This document shows, one piece after another, positions 1 through 14,413 of a stretch of 64,000 nucleotides of DNA. Made by a program: the position numbers and the translations under genes. Under the pieces are notes generated by a model. The model searched no databases. It was not told the DNA's origin and saw nothing but the letters and a program-made list of their open reading frames with translations. The first letter of the stretch is position 1; each line of letters begins with the position of its first letter. The stretch is from Camelus dromedarius (lineage: Eukaryota), in the NCBI RefSeq assembly GCF_036321535.1, contig NC_087437.1, positions 41,728,001 to 41,792,000 of the forward strand. The letters run 5' to 3'.

Positions 1-1319
1 AGCCTGCAAAGACCTTGAGAAACACCACTTCCAGCAGGGATTACAGACCCGCCTTCCAGTAAGTTAGTGCCAGACCGAGGGAGGGGGCCTGGCGGGGGCA
101 GGGCCCTATGAGCCTTGCTGGCTGCCCGACAGACACTGGGAACAGGAGACGTGGCCGATCTGTGAGGAAGCCTGGGCCAGGAGCGGAATTACACTCTCTC
201 TTCTTTCCTGGTAGCTTCCCTCCCTGAAAGTCTTCTTGCTTTACGAAATTAGTGTGAACAGATTTCCTCCAGCAGGGAAAACACACAGAGAAATTCCTGC
301 TTCTCCCTCTGTCCCGTCTCTTTGTTATAATAAGGGCAACAACTCTCCTAATCACAAATAAATTCAGGTTTACAGGTCACAGTGGCAGAGTCAGGGTTAG
401 TCTGTCAGCGTTACAAACACTGAAAAGGCCCCCCACCCCCACCCCAGATTAAAATAAAAAATATTGTCTTTGTTTGCCATCTTTGTACTGTTTAACATGA
501 GTATTTCAACAGTCTTTATTTTTCAAACATGCAAACAGAAGAGAGTGATCTGACCCACAGTATATTGACATACCATGTAGCTATAACCTTGAGATAAAAA
601 GTAAAGGAAAAAGTCAAAACAGCTCGAACCAAATACTAACACAAACAAGTCTTTCTTCAGCCCAGACCCCTACCTCTGTAACAAGGGAACACGTCAGCAT
701 TAGCACACACTGGCCGTGGTGCACACACACAGTCCTAGACGAGGGCAGACGCAGGGGGCCCCAAATGTGTAGCTGGGAAGTCGAATGTATTCATTAATTA
801 ATTCAACAAGTGTGTACTAGGATCGTTTCTGGGCTAGACATGATTCTAGGTGTTGGGGATGTCTTATACATGGAAGGGATTTATAAGACTCACAAGGTCT
901 CTGCTCTTGTGGAACTTACCTAGTGGCATTAGAATAAAAAATCAGGGGCTATACTCTCAGTGTTGAGAGGAGACGGAAAATAATAGCTATAGCAGAAAGC
1001 TTGAGCTGGCTTCCTGGCTTCTGTATATCCAGGAATGCAACTGCTTCAAAATCTGGGTCACCTGGGATGGAATGGCTACTAAAGACAGAAGGATGGAAAG
1101 AAAAAAGCAGAAAACCAAAGAGAAGCTTCTCTCCTCACTGTATGTCAGAGGGTCCTTTGGGAGCTCTTACCAAACTAATGAGGAAGAGGCAAACTTATTG
1201 TCTGCAAGACAACAGGTAAAAGAAACATGAAGACTGTTCCTTCGTCCCACATGGAAAGGACTCCAAGGATGGAATGGCCTGACGAGATAGCAGGTAGCTT
1301 CCCAAGCGTCTCTGCTATC

Positions 1320-1545
1320 GCATGCCCAGTGCTGAGCATTTTACGTGGACTGGCTCATTTAATCCTCACAACCACCACCTGGTGAGACAAACATTAATTG
1401 TATTCCCATTTTCCACATGAAGAACAGCCCTAGAAAAGCTAAGTAACTTGCCCTTACCCAAGGACACATACCTGGTAGGTAGTGAGACCAGAACAGGACC
1501 CCAGCTCTGTCCGACTCCACAATCCATATTCTAAACCACCGCATG
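1320..1545. mobile_element. MIR SINE
   Basis: MIR core-like sequence ctcatttaatcctcacaacc...cccattttccacatgaagaa...aagtaacttgccc. Confidence 0.7.
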
Positions 1546-2369
1546 TCCATCCATAAAATTATTTTTCTTTATTTTATTTAAAGAAAAAGAAAAAAGGCAT
1601 GAAGATTGTATAGGAAATTTAATCAGATAGCTTCAGAAAGTGGTCTGTGTTTTCCAGATGTTTGTCTTGGAAGAGACAGTCAAACATGCCCTCTGAGTCA
1701 CAGCAAATACACACCACTTTCTCAAATGCATGAGAAATTAAGAGATGAACTTCTGCTATTGCTCCAATGTACATAAGCCTGCCATCTAAAATCTAAATTA
1801 CGATTCAAGAATGGAGATCAGTATTTTATTCAATTAATGAATTACTCCTCGAAGTTTATTTTACCACTGCATGCATTTCCACCTTTGCACTTTACTTGAT
1901 AATTGAATTAATAATGAAATAATTAAGGTGAAGCTGGTTCAGTGAAAACAATGCAGAAATTCATAATGAAGCTTATGCATAATCCTAAATAAAAAATCCA
2001 AAATAATTATATTAGAATTGAACTTTGAAGGAAATTTACTTTGTTTTGTGGGAAATTGTGCTGGGAATGTGGATCTATTGTGCACAAAGGATGTTGGCTT
2101 TATGCTGGAACCACCAGACAGGTTGAGTTGAGAAACAATTAGCTCAGTCAGCAAGCCTTTGAATCTGATTAAGCCAGGAAGTGGTCACTCCCCAGGACAG
2201 AGCAGAATGGAGGGAATGGAGGTGGGAGCCCATAACAAGAAACAACTTCTCTCTCTCTCTCTGAAATAAACTAGTATTAGAATTTATTGTGTCAAATTAT
2301 TTCACTACATTTGATCATGATTTCACAAAAGCAAATACAATCTTGCTTCCAAGTAGATCAACAGTCCGC

Positions 2370-2446
2370 ATGTGTCATGGCTACTGTCTCTAAGAAACTT
2401 CTGTTTATTGAGGCCTGACATACTCTCATGTTTTGGTAACAAAACA
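2370..2446 (+). promoter_or_regulatory. Candidate TMEM212 proximal promoter with RFX X-box-like and forkhead-like motifs
   Basis: GTCTCT-A-AGAAAC at 2386-2398 fits GTHNYY-N-RRNAAC. TGTTTATT at 2402-2409. Partial X-box halves CATGGCTAC (~2376) and TGGTAAC (~2434). All lie within ~110 nt of the ATG. Confidence 0.4.
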
Positions 2447-2453
2447 TCTTTGA

Positions 2454-2726
<273 letters not shown>

Positions 2727-3892
2727 TAAGTTTTTCAACAATACGAAGACATCAAAATTCTAAAGAAAATCAGATTTTACCTTACAACACTGATTTCTAT
2801 TAGTTTAGTTATCTTTTAAATATAGGATTTTCTTAATATCATTCAATCATCTATACTATACTATATTATACTAAACTGTATTATGCATACTATAATGAAA
2901 TGCTGTTCAAGACATTCTTAAAACGTTCTTTTATTTTAATCTTCTTAACCTTAATATTCTGAGAAATTGGAATTTCTCTTTTGAAATTTGAATTGAGAAA
3001 AGTATAACCCATGAAAAAGAATTTTTAAATGAAGAACAAATTAAAATAATTTTCAGACTAATGCTTTTATTAGAAACAATGAGGTGTGTTTACATGACCC
3101 AAAGGTTTGCAAGACCAAAATCTGAGTTCTCCCATCTTTTTCTTTGCACACAACTGTTTGAACTGAAAATAATTGAAGAAGGTGGGTGATGGACTTTACT
3201 AACTTCAGGCCTCACTAGGAAAGTGTGCATGATCACATGATTGAAGGATGACAGCACTGGTATCTAGCTCCCTGGGTCAAAGAAAGGGACACCCCTCACC
3301 TCAGGAGGAGGTGGCTTGATTGAAGAGGCATTACAGAGGCTTAAAGACCCAACAAATCCTTCTCTCATTGTTTCTCAGGATATCTGACATTCATTACTGG
3401 AGACTAGACAGTTCAAATTTGAAGCTTTTTGATCTTAGGGAGTTTTCTATTAAAATGTAGCTACTCCCAGGAGGGACAATATTTTAAGTCTTTTAAAAAA
3501 ATTGAACTTGAACTGGGATATCATCTAAAAGCAAAACCCTAGGAAATACTGTAGTCTATTTATTCAATATATATGTATTGATTGCCTCCTACATGCTTGA
3601 GCTGCAGGGAGAATAGATCAAGTTCTCAATATTAAAGGAACTCGGTCTAGTGGGGTTTAATGATGGTGAACATCTGAGGGGAAGGGGATGGTCCTTTGAG
3701 AGCGTGGAACTGAATAAGGAAACCATCCGATGGTATTATTCTTTTCTTTATTTAATACATTCTATTACAACCACCACCCAAGTCTTGAACCTCCACTCTT
3801 TTCCCTAACACCTACCCCAAACCATACAGTCATTCAAAGAAATGTTTATTAAGCATCTACTAGAATGTAGAAATGGCAACTACATTTATACC

Positions 3893-4110
3893 AGCAACTT
3901 CCAAACTTTTGTTAGTGACCCAGGATAAGAAAAACATTTTATATCAGGACCTGGAACCTACATAAATACATCTATGTATTTCTCTCAGGGTAAGTAGATA
4001 GATACTGATATATAGACAGAGCTATAGATATATATATAGATCAATATAACAAAAGTTTCACAAAACAAGACAACCTTCTGTGTGAAGTGAATTCTGATAT
4101 TTTATTTTTC
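3893..4110. mobile_element. Degenerate hAT-Charlie-family DNA transposon fragment
   Basis: Begins cagcaacttccaaacttttg...gacccaggataagaaaaacattttatatc. A related sequence lies in the opposite orientation at ~7200-7345. Confidence 0.35.
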
Positions 4111-4769
4111 AAAATTCAGACTTTACAACTGGCCCAAAGTCTAACAAAACAATGATTACTGCCCAACTGTGTGTCCCTTTCTTATAATTCTTTGCCTATC
4201 CCTACAGAATCTGTCATAAATATGGTCAACAGATATTACTGATTTGATTAAATTCACAAATTATTGAATATATACTTGTTCTACATCAAACATCTGTATG
4301 ACCAATCGGGCCCAGAGAAATGGTATGATAATATCTCTAGCCCAGAGATATTGGTGGCTTTTTTATTTTGAGGGTGACAGCAAGAGGAAGTAGAGTCAGA
4401 GAGTTAGGGTTTGGGGAGGTGCCATTCCCCTTTGACATTCTTGGTAGGTGGTCAAGATTTCAGGGCCCTTACGCAGCCAGTTCCTCATTGCCTTTACCTG
4501 TAGAAAGGGGAATTTCACAGGTAAAGAGAGCATGTGAAACTGTCTAACCCTAAGGTACTCATAGAGAATGAGCACAATTCGAGCAAAGACTGTGTAATAA
4601 AGAGCTCTGCCAGTTTTAAAGCCCTACACAAATGCTAGTTAATACCATGTCTTTCATTTATGCCCTACTCTCTGTCCAAACCCTTTGTTCTTAATCCCTT
4701 GCCACCTGCCTCACTCTCCCATTCCATTCCCTGGTGACCTTCTGAGTTCCTCATCCTTTTACTTCCTAG

Positions 4770-5725
4770 ACCTCCTCTCCTGCCACTCTTCTCTTAGCTC
4801 ATTTCTTTCCTTGTTGTTTTCAAACATGCCAAGGTGTGTTTCTGCCTCAGGGCCTTTGCACTGCCAGTTCTCTGCCTGAAGCCTCTTCCCCCACACAGCT
4901 TGTTTCCTAACTTCCTACAATTCTTGAAACAAATGTCACTTTCTCACTGATGCCTTCCATCATTACCCTATTTAAAACTGCAAACCTTCCCCTCAACTGG
5001 CATTCTCAATCTCCCATACTCTGTTCTATTTTCCCCCCAGCCCTTAATACCATCTAATATCCAATATTTTTGTTTTGTTTTTATTTTTTATTGTAGTATA
5101 GTCAGTTTACAATGTTGTGTCATTTTCTGGTGTACAGCATAATGTTTCAGTCATACGTATACATACATATATTTGTTTTCATACTCTTTTTCATTATAGG
5201 TTACTGAAAGTTATTGAATATAGTTCCCTGTGCTATATGGAAGAAACTCGTTGTTTATCTATTTTATATATAGTAGTTAGTATCTGCAAAACCTGAACTC
5301 TCAATTTATCCCTTCCCACCCCCTTCCCCACTGGTAATCATGTTTGTTTTCTATGTCTGTGAGTCTGTTTCTGTTTTGTAAGTGAGTTTATTTGTGTCTT
5401 TTTCTTCTTAAGATTCCACATATGAATGATATCATACAGTATTTTTCTTTCTATTTCTGGCTTACTTCACTTAGAATGACAATCTCCAGGTCCATCCATG
5501 TTGCTGCAAATGGCATTATTTTATTCTTTTTTATGGAAATATATACAATACAGTTGACTTACTTATTGTTTGTTTGTCCCCTTCCCTCCAAATGTAGAAT
5601 GTACAAAGGCAGGATTTTTTTCTATCTTGTTCAGTGCTATATCTTCATCACTTGAAACAAAGTGAGTAAGTAACGTATAAGGTATTCAATAAATACTGCT
5701 TGATAAATGTTGTTGAATGAGTGGT
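4770..5725. mobile_element. L2 LINE fragment interrupted by a younger L1
   Basis: L2-like cctcagggcctttgcact...aaatgtcactttctc and L2 3' end ttcaataaatactgcttgataaatgttgttgaatgagt. Confidence 0.65.
5067..5535 (-). mobile_element. 5'-truncated artiodactyl/camelid L1 3' end
   Basis: T-rich tail followed by the typical L1 3' UTR (tacaatgttgtgtca...ttccacatatgaatgatatcatacagt...tccatccatgttgctgcaaatggc). Possible TSD atatccaata/atatacaata. Confidence 0.85.
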
Positions 5726-6781
5726 GAATCCTATGCTCACTATTCTGATAGCACACAATTCCTAATACAGTAGAACTCTGATTAGGTTGCAAAGACTAAA
5801 GGTCAAGCTGGTATTTACACTAAAGCAGGAAAAAATCCTCATGAGAAGGAAAGCAATAAGAACGCTCACTCTTTCAATAATGTCTAAATTTGGAACAATG
5901 TGATTTTTTTCTTCTCCTAGTGATAAGTTTGCTAGTGAACCACAGCTCTGACTGATCAGGGTTAACTTCAAAATGTCTCTGACTCATCCTACAACCTTCT
6001 TTTTCAACCTGCCTGCAAAGTGTATCTTCCTCTGGTGGAAAGATAATTTGTACATTTCAACAATACTTTCTTTTGAAAATGACTCTGTATCTCTTTTGAG
6101 ATTGGAAGAGATAGATTTTTAAAAGTGATGCATACTTGGTATTTTTTCGGTGACTTTCGTCCAAGGCTTTCTAAATTCTTCACAAATACTGGTCCTCAGA
6201 CTCTCTTAGCTCTGTTCTGACAGCCACATGATAAAGAGTTTTCCTAGGATTTCTGAACCAGGTTATTTAAAGGCATCAGCTGCTACAAAGTATGCAGCAA
6301 GGAGATCATAGTGCCTTAAGGACTTAGCTCTACTTTAATCCTGGAAAACCCGGCCTGTAAATCAAGCTCTGATGTAGAGACTGCAGTACAGTGAGTTTAA
6401 ATCCAGGACCTAAAGCCTGGAGGGTCCAGTGACTCGGCCAATGGTGAGCAGCAGTGCTGCACCCAGAATCCTTCTGGGAGACAAGAATTGTGGAGAAAGG
6501 TCAAGCCAGACTTACCCATGCAAGCTCCAGTTTCTTCATCCACTAGAGAAGGGACTTGGTTGCACTGTTGCTCAAGTCTCTTATAACTTCAACAGTCCTG
6601 TGATTTCCAGCAAACTGATGGTCAATTTTCCACTCAGATATCCTAAGCTTCGAAACTGAACTTGTCCAAAGATGTAATCATCTAACCACCAAAAGCAATT
6701 ATTTCTTCTCCTGACTTCCCACTCTTTGAACCCAATTTCAAACCCTGGAATGAATTTTGACTCAATCCTTTCCTCTAAACT

Positions 6782-6940
6782 AGTGTTTCTCAAATTGACA
6801 TGTGTGTATAAATCATATGGGGATTGTGTTAAAACGCAGGCTCTGATTCAGTGAGTCTAGGGTGAGGCTGAGATTCTGCATGTCTGACAAGTTTCCAAGG
6901 GAAGAGATGCTCCTGATCCTTAGGACTGTGCTTAAGGCAG
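6782..6940. mobile_element. MER5A-like hAT-Charlie MITE
   Basis: agtgtttctcaaa...ctgattcagtgagtctagggtgaggctgagattctgcat... Confidence 0.75.
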
Positions 6941-7349
6941 CAATTCCCTAAACCAGCCCACCTCAGCCCCACTCCCACCCCATCACATCCAATGAGTTGC
7001 CAAGTAACTTTTGTTTTTCCTACAAAGTATATCCCTATGCCTTCCTTCTTCTTCTTTTTCACTGTGCAGCCCCCTCCCCCAACTCCATCCCACTTCCCAC
7101 CCCACCCCCACCCAGGTTTTACACTTCAATAACTCTGATAGCCAAACTGTGGGACTCTATGCCTTGGTGGGTTATAAAATCAATCTATTGGGTAGTTAGC
7201 CGCAGCATTTAAACCATGAATAGAGAATATTAGAGTGTATCATACATAATAAGGTTATTATTATTTTGGTTAGATATAAAAATATTTCCAACTTGGTCAT
7301 GATGCAAAATATGTTTCTTACTGTGGGTAGGGGTTTGAAAAAAAAAATC

Positions 7350-8060
7350 TTGAAGACCAAGGTCCTACAGAGCCCTCTAGGCCTCACTCCATTCCAGTCC
7401 AGCGTGCATGCAACAACAAACCCATCTTTCTAAACCTCAGCTGCGTCAGTCTGGCCCCTCCTTCAGAAACCTTCAGTGTTGCTTCATCGTCCAAAGTTCA
7501 GATATGTGAGCCTGGATTCTGAGGCCCTCCTCATCCCGGCCTCTTGTCCTGCCCCTCCCTGCCCAGCACCGACCCTCTCGCACCCTCTGGGCTCCTCTGT
7601 CACTGTTCCCCAAGCACGACGGCCACAGTGCCCCGCGCCCTTGCTGCTCCGGCTGCCTGGACCACCCTTCCCTCTGCCGTCTCCCAGTGAAATCACATCC
7701 ATCCTTCCAATCTGCTCCGAGCCCTCCATGCCTTCATCAGCGATGGTTCCCTCTGGAAGTGATATCTTGTCACTGCGTTCTTCTCACACAGAAAGCACTC
7801 GCGCTTGCCTAAGGTTATGGACGTTCTTCTATGACATTCCTTTCACATCTGAACTGTAAATTCCATTGAGAGTTGGAGCCAGTATTTGTGTAGTTGTTGC
7901 TGGGTGAGCTTGCTCGTCATATTCAGCCTTTCTGTGCCTCATTTGAAAAATAAGCAGATTTGCAGTCTAGGGCTATTCATTATGAGGATGAAGTGACTTA
8001 ACCCATGGAGTGTCTGGTACAGTGCCTGGCACAGAGGAAGTGCTCGGTTAGTGTTAGATG
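7350..8060. mobile_element. L2 remnant followed by MIR
   Basis: L2-like text at 7350-7870. MIR-like ctgtgcctcatttgaaaaataa...acagtgcctggcacagaggaagtgctc at 7880-8060. Confidence 0.5.
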
Positions 8061-10424
8061 CTGTTACATTACTCCCTCCGCACAGTGCCTAACACATCCC
8101 TTGTTCTCAGTAGACCCAAAAAGATGTCTGTTAAGTGAACAAATTCACCCATATTATAATAATTCCTCTGAAGGTTCCTATTTCTGTTGTGACTGCTCTC
8201 TGCTTCCTTCAATTCATTTGCTTCTGGGAACGGCGTCCTTTACTGGGGCAATTTAAAAATTTAGTGGGAGGGTTCACAATTATCGCGGAGAATGTTAGCA
8301 GCAACTTTTGCAAAACCCAAGTAACGTCCTTGGAACTGCCCACAGAGCAAGTCAGTAGACTGTCAAGGAGAGCTGGGGAGGGCGGGGGTGGGGGCTGGGG
8401 GGTGCGGGGCTGGGCCTCCCCTCTGCACGCACACCCTCCCCGAGCACGGCCTCCCCTCCGTCCTTCCTCACAATCTGACCGCCCTACGCTGCCCAACTTC
8501 TCAGCTCTCAGACACTCCCGCATTTCCTTTTCCCACTTGACTTCTCTTCCCTACCCTCAAATCTCTTCCTTTTTTTTTTTTTTAATTCTTTTCCCCTTCT
8601 CTATCTAAAAATAATTTTTTTAAAAAATGAAAGAAAAGGAAAATCCTGTGACTCTTGGGGGAACACCCACACTCCATCTCCCACAGCCAGCTGAGCACCA
8701 GTAAAGACGGGTGTGCTGGTCTCGGGGTGGATTTAACAAGTTACTGAACAGCATTCATACGCCAGCCTACCCCATGAAAGATCTTTTTCAAAGTTTTGGG
8801 TAAACAAAGCAAAATTCAAGCTGGCAGTTACAACAGAAATAACAGGCAACTGCAATTCTGCAGGATTTTTCAACTTTCAAAAGGAAAGAAACAGTTTGTG
8901 CCAAAGCAGTGAAGGCAACCTAGAATCTCCGTATCTGATAATGTCGTCTATCTACTTGGACTTAAACCAGCAGTGGCGTCTCCTTTGCTTTTTGTCTCAT
9001 TTGTCTTAGTGTTTCTCTCTCACAGAGGAGTGACATGTCCATCAAGTGCTTTGCCTTAAGCAGAGACTGGCCCCAGGCTTACCATCAGCACTACAGTTGA
9101 TCTTAATAATTCTCCTGTTTTGTTGGACTATTTATGCTGGCTCAACTTCCATAGGGTCCCTTGGAAACTTTCCTCTTGCAGAATCAAGCCAGCCTCTTGA
9201 CTACAGATGGTTCCGTTTTTGTCCACGGGAGTTTTATGGTATGGCGATGCCAAGCCTGGAATTTCAAGCTTAGCTCCATGAGAAGTTTTGTGTGAGTGGA
9301 TGTGTGTGTGCTTTTTCTCCCTTGCTCTCAAATTCTCTAAATCCAATATTCAAAATAGAATATGCCAGGAAAATGAAAAGCTAGGTCTCAAAACAATACA
9401 TCTGCCAGAGCCGGAGCTACAAAAAGCAGCAACCCACAAAACCAGATTGGTAAAAGCTCTGACTTTTCCCCCTTAAATTTGTTGATATTATACATACAGT
9501 CATGCTTATGTCTCTGTCAAAAACCTAACTTGTAACTATTTTTAGTCCTGTCCTCATCCTATATCTTATTTCAGGCACATCTCTTCCTGGTTTTCTCTCT
9601 CAACCTCAAAACATTCCTTGACCAGGAACAAATGATTTATAGGTTGGGAGTAAGCAATTTCCAGACTCAGTCACCACAAAGGTCTCCATCAGACCCGGTG
9701 CCGAATCGAAGATGTGCCCAGAAATTTTTTTTCACTATCCATTGCTCAGTTCTGCTGACACCATTCCCTCCTTTGTTGAACTATTTCAATCTGCACTTGG
9801 GGCCTTTTTCTTCCACCAAGACTATAAAGAACTCTTTTTTTTTTTTTTGAAAAGCTGAACGCGACTGCCCCAGTACAATAAATGTCCCATCCTGCATTCA
9901 TCCTAATAATGATCTTTATTCCCTGAGTAACAGGGATCACAGATTTGCAACCCACCAGCAGGCTGAGGCTGCAGAATCTCAAAAGAAAGCAAACTGTAAA
10001 AGATGCTGGGAGGGTTTTCCGGGATCTGTGACGCGTTTCCATTCCAGTTCTTCCCATTTATAGTTTTAGAGATCTGTGAGAACGAGGAACACTAGACGGC
10101 TCATCAAAACAAGACACCTGGCAAGGGTTATCAAGCCCCACTTTGACTGCAGTCACATCTTACAGTGGTAAAGGCCATAACTGTGATGGCAAAGGCAACG
10201 CAGGAAATCCAAAAAGGAGCTTGTATGAATCATGTCTCTGTGACACTGATGGCCTCTTTTCCTCATTGTCATCACGGATGAGGTGACCCTCAGAGCTGTA
10301 AATCCATTTAGCCACATGCTATTCCTTCTAGTTCATGATAAAGTTGTCAAACTGTGAGACAGATTGGACTCCTTCCAGAGGCGCCTTCTGTCATAGCTGT
10401 TGTTTTCCCACTTTCCTTTCACAG

Positions 10425-10484
10425 GCCATCACGACCGGTGTCCTCCTGCTGCTGTCTCACAGACAGTGGATCCAGAGATACCTG
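10425..10484 (+). CDS. TMEM212: TMEM212 coding exon 2 (AITTGVLLLLSHRQWIQRYL, 60 nt)
   Basis: Polypyrimidine acceptor ctttcctttcacag|GCC and donor CTG|gtaaac. In frame with exons 1 and 3 and similar to the recalled TMEM212 segment AITTGVLLLL...QRYL. Too short to appear in the ORF track. Confidence 0.93.
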
Positions 10485-10962
10485 GTAAACTTCTAGACAT
10501 CGAGTAGAATGATGGAGGGAGTTTGAAGGTTAGAGCTCTACTGGAACACAGAGAATGTGGTTTCCAATTAGAATTGAATTCTAATCGATCTTTACAAGAA
10601 GGATGTCAGTAATAAACTATATTTTAAGTGGATAATTTTTATCTGATACCTGCTCCAAACATTTTCTACAAGTTCCTGTGATTATTGTATTCAAGTATTG
10701 TAGTCTGGCGAGGACAGAGCCAGAGTTAGTGTTCCTGAATTTCATTTTGAAGAAATGAGTCTATAGGCTCCTCTATTTTTAACAATGCATTTTTGAGCCT
10801 CAATTTCTCAATCTGGGATCTCCTTCCAATCTCTCTGGTACCGCCTCCCAAAAAAAAGGATGAAAATTCTATAGTATCTTGCATTTCAACAGTATAGAGC
10901 CAAGCAACCCCATGGGACAGAAAGACTACCATGGTCTGATTACAGATCTTCCTGTGGCCACA

Positions 10963-11120
10963 GCAGTGCTTCTCAGACTTTAATATATGTGTGAATCACT
11001 TGGGGAACCTTGTTAAAATGCAGATTTTGATTCAGTATGTCTGGCTGAGGCCTGAGATTCTACGTTTCTAACAAGCTCCCAGGGGATGTGACTCCTCTGG
11101 GACCCTGGACCACACCCTGA
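10963..11120. mobile_element. MER5A-like hAT-Charlie MITE
   Basis: cagtgcttctcagacttt...tgttaaaatgcagattttgattcagta...ctaacaagctcccagg...ggaccacaccctga. Confidence 0.8.
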
Positions 11121-11323
11121 ATAATAAGGTCCTAGGGTAAGGCAGGAATTCGGTTTACTCATCTTTGTTTTTCCCACCCCAGTTGGCTGATAAGTTATTC
11201 TCCATAGTGAAGGTTCAAGAGGAGGACCAAAGGACCTAAAGAGAAGTCTGTAAGCCATCTCTCCTTCATCTCCTAGTAGGAAAGATGAATACCCAGCGTC
11301 TCTCTCTTTCCTCATATTGCTAA

Positions 11324-11755
<432 letters not shown>

Positions 11756-11864
11756 TAAAACCAAAATTCTTCTACTTCTACCCCAGCCAAGAGACTGATG
11801 AACGCCAACCTCAGATTTAGCTTTCCAACTTTTTCCAAGAGGAAAATAATACTATTAATGATAT

Positions 11865-12020
11865 GATAATAATAGAAATATGAACTGAATATTCACCATG
11901 TGTCAGTAGACTTCCCCTTTTTCAGATAGTAAATGGAGGCTAATGAGTTTATGTAAGTTGCCCAAGGTCACACAGCTAATGAGCAGTAGGGTCAGATTCA
12001 GAACCCAGAGCTATTTCTCT
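11865..12020. mobile_element. MIR SINE
   Basis: aagttgcccaaggtcacacagctaatgag...gattcagaacccag. Confidence 0.7.
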
Positions 12021-14027
12021 TAATCGGGCCATATTTATCATGGGCTCTCTCCTCACCCACCTTGTATCCTCTCATCCTCTGTTAGACCATTAAGATGTAA
12101 GGCTCTGGCCTCCAGGCGGATTAGAGCAAGGTCCCGGGGAGAATAGCTCAAATGATTTCTGATTCCAAATTCCTGTGGTCAATACTGGGTCCCTCCTTTG
12201 AAGGCTGAACAGCCAGCCTCCCTCTGAAAAGAGATATTTCCCACTGCAAACTCTTATACTGACTTTATGATTCAAGTTAGGATTATATTAGGGTGAGTTT
12301 GGGTTATAGTAGCCAATTTTCCCCCAGTTTCATCCTATCAACACCAACCAGTAAAGCTAGAAGACAAGAAGTTGGCACTCTCAATGCCTTTTGTGGTCAG
12401 CCTTGTACTCTTCAACTTCTACATAAATCTGCAAAGGAAATCCTGTACATTCTTAGCAACAGAGCTGATTTTACAAGGAGCCCGCCGAGGCAAGCAGACC
12501 AAAATCACCTCCTCCCCACTGTACTGCCAGGACATGAAGTTTAGTATTTGAGATTTCTCCCTCTTGGCAAACATCCTAACTTTCTAGAACTGTTTGTTAA
12601 AAAGAACATAGGAGAACCACACACTCGTGTTGACATTCATGACCTCTCAGCACAAGTGCTAATCACTGTCACCTTAAGTATGGCCCCCGTAACTTTGAGG
12701 TTTAATGTAGCGTGGACGATAGGGAGAAAAGAATGAAAAAAAAAAAATATATGCAGAGCTTGGTAAGCCAGCCCCATGGAAACCCAACAGTGAGGCCACC
12801 TAAAGTGCCTGAGAGAGAGAAAATTAATTAGAAAGCAGAGACAAGTTCTCTGACTTCAGGGTTTGGACTCTACGCAACTTGCTCAGAACACTTTTTTGGT
12901 GTATGGTTTCTAAGCTAGGTGTAGGACCCACAAGATGTTCCCCAAAGTGGATCAAAGACATTGGAATCACCCAGGGTCCTTGTGAAACCAGATTTCTGGA
13001 TCCTTTCCAGGTCCATTCCCACTGTGTCAGAAACTCGGGTTGGAGGCAGGGAACATACATTTTTAACACATGCCCCAGGAGATTCTGATGAAAACTCCCT
13101 TCCTAGCTCAAGATTCACTTAGTGTCACTTCTGGACAGAATCTCAGTTTTCCCATCTGCATAAAATGCAGCACTAGTATGGTGAAAGTTCTAGATAAATT
13201 TAATAAGCATGTCATTGGTAAGCATTTTTGGATGACCTGACACCACTTAGTCCATAGTGGTGGCTGATCATGTCTCATTAGCGAGGATGAGTGGCTGACA
13301 TAATGGAACATGATGTTCTGTATTAATAAATACACTACTGCTGCCCTGAGCCCTAAAGGAGCATGTGCAGCCTGAACAAACTTTGTTACTACGCAGAAAT
13401 CTCAGCTACTGTAGGTACAATCTCCAGCAGTGAAATAAATGCATTGTTTATCAAAATTCTAGAAAACACACAGCTTTCTTAGAAGAAACAGTAAATCGTT
13501 TGTTGAGACACCGAATTCTACATAGTGATTTTGTGTCTAATGAACCTCCATGTAGTTATGTTGTTAGATTCCCTACATGCTGAAAGGGTTAAGTAATATT
13601 TTGAAAATATTATTTAAAGCTGTAATAACTAGTGCAAATTATGCTGCTGATCACATCTTTCTCGTAGAAACGAAACACTGAAAATGCTTTTAAAAGCTGT
13701 CCTCTTATGTGTCTGCTTTAAAATTGAAATTCTCTTGTGTAAATGTAGTACATAGTAGGAAACTCAAGAGCTGTGAAAATTTGTGAAAAAGAAAAAAGTG
13801 ATGGCTTGAAGGGAAATTTGGAGGAAATTGTAGTTGTACTGTATTGTAAAACAAAATCCTTATGTAACAGTCAATATTATGACAGAAAATATTCACTTCC
13901 AAGGATTTTAGTCCATTAGTTCAAAAACATTTTTGGAAATGAATCAAATACCCCCTTAGGAATCACCACATTCATTATTTCTTCCTCCCTGTGCCTTTTC
14001 AGTTTAGTAGAATTGAAGTTATCTTGG

Positions 14028-14413
14028 GTCCCAGTCAGCTCAAGCTGCTATAACAAAATGCCATAGACAGGGTGGTTTAACCAACACACATTGATTGCTC
14101 ATGATTCTAGAGGCTGGAAGTCCAAGACCAAGGTGCCAGCATGGTTGGTTTGGGGGAAGCTTTTCCTTCTGGCTTGTAGATGGCTGCCTTCTCACTGTGT
14201 GCTCACATGGCCTTTCCTGTGCCTGCTCCTGGAGAGAGGAGTGATCTCTCTGTCTCTTATTCTTATAAGGACACTAATCCCGTTATGGGGGCCCCACCCT
14301 CATGGCCTCATTTAATGTAGTTACCTCCCAAATGACTTACTTCCAAATACCATCACAGTGGGGATTAGGGTTTCAACATATGAATTGGGGGGAGGGGGAC
14401 ACAGTTGACAGCA
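14028..14413 (-). mobile_element. MLT1A-like MaLR solo LTR
   Basis: gctgctataacaaaatgccatagac...ctggaagtccaagaccaaggtgccagc...gggattagggtttcaacatatgaattggggg. Confidence 0.85.

Noticed and set aside
7476..8608. ORFs of 127 and 157 aa in intron 1
   Set aside because: Low-complexity or L2-derived sequence, non-ATG starts, and no splice or homology support.
8965..8982. CTCF-like motif CCAGCAGTGGCG (also AAGGGGGCGC at ~26766)
   Set aside because: Each misses core positions or spacing of the CTCF consensus; not supportable without ChIP data.
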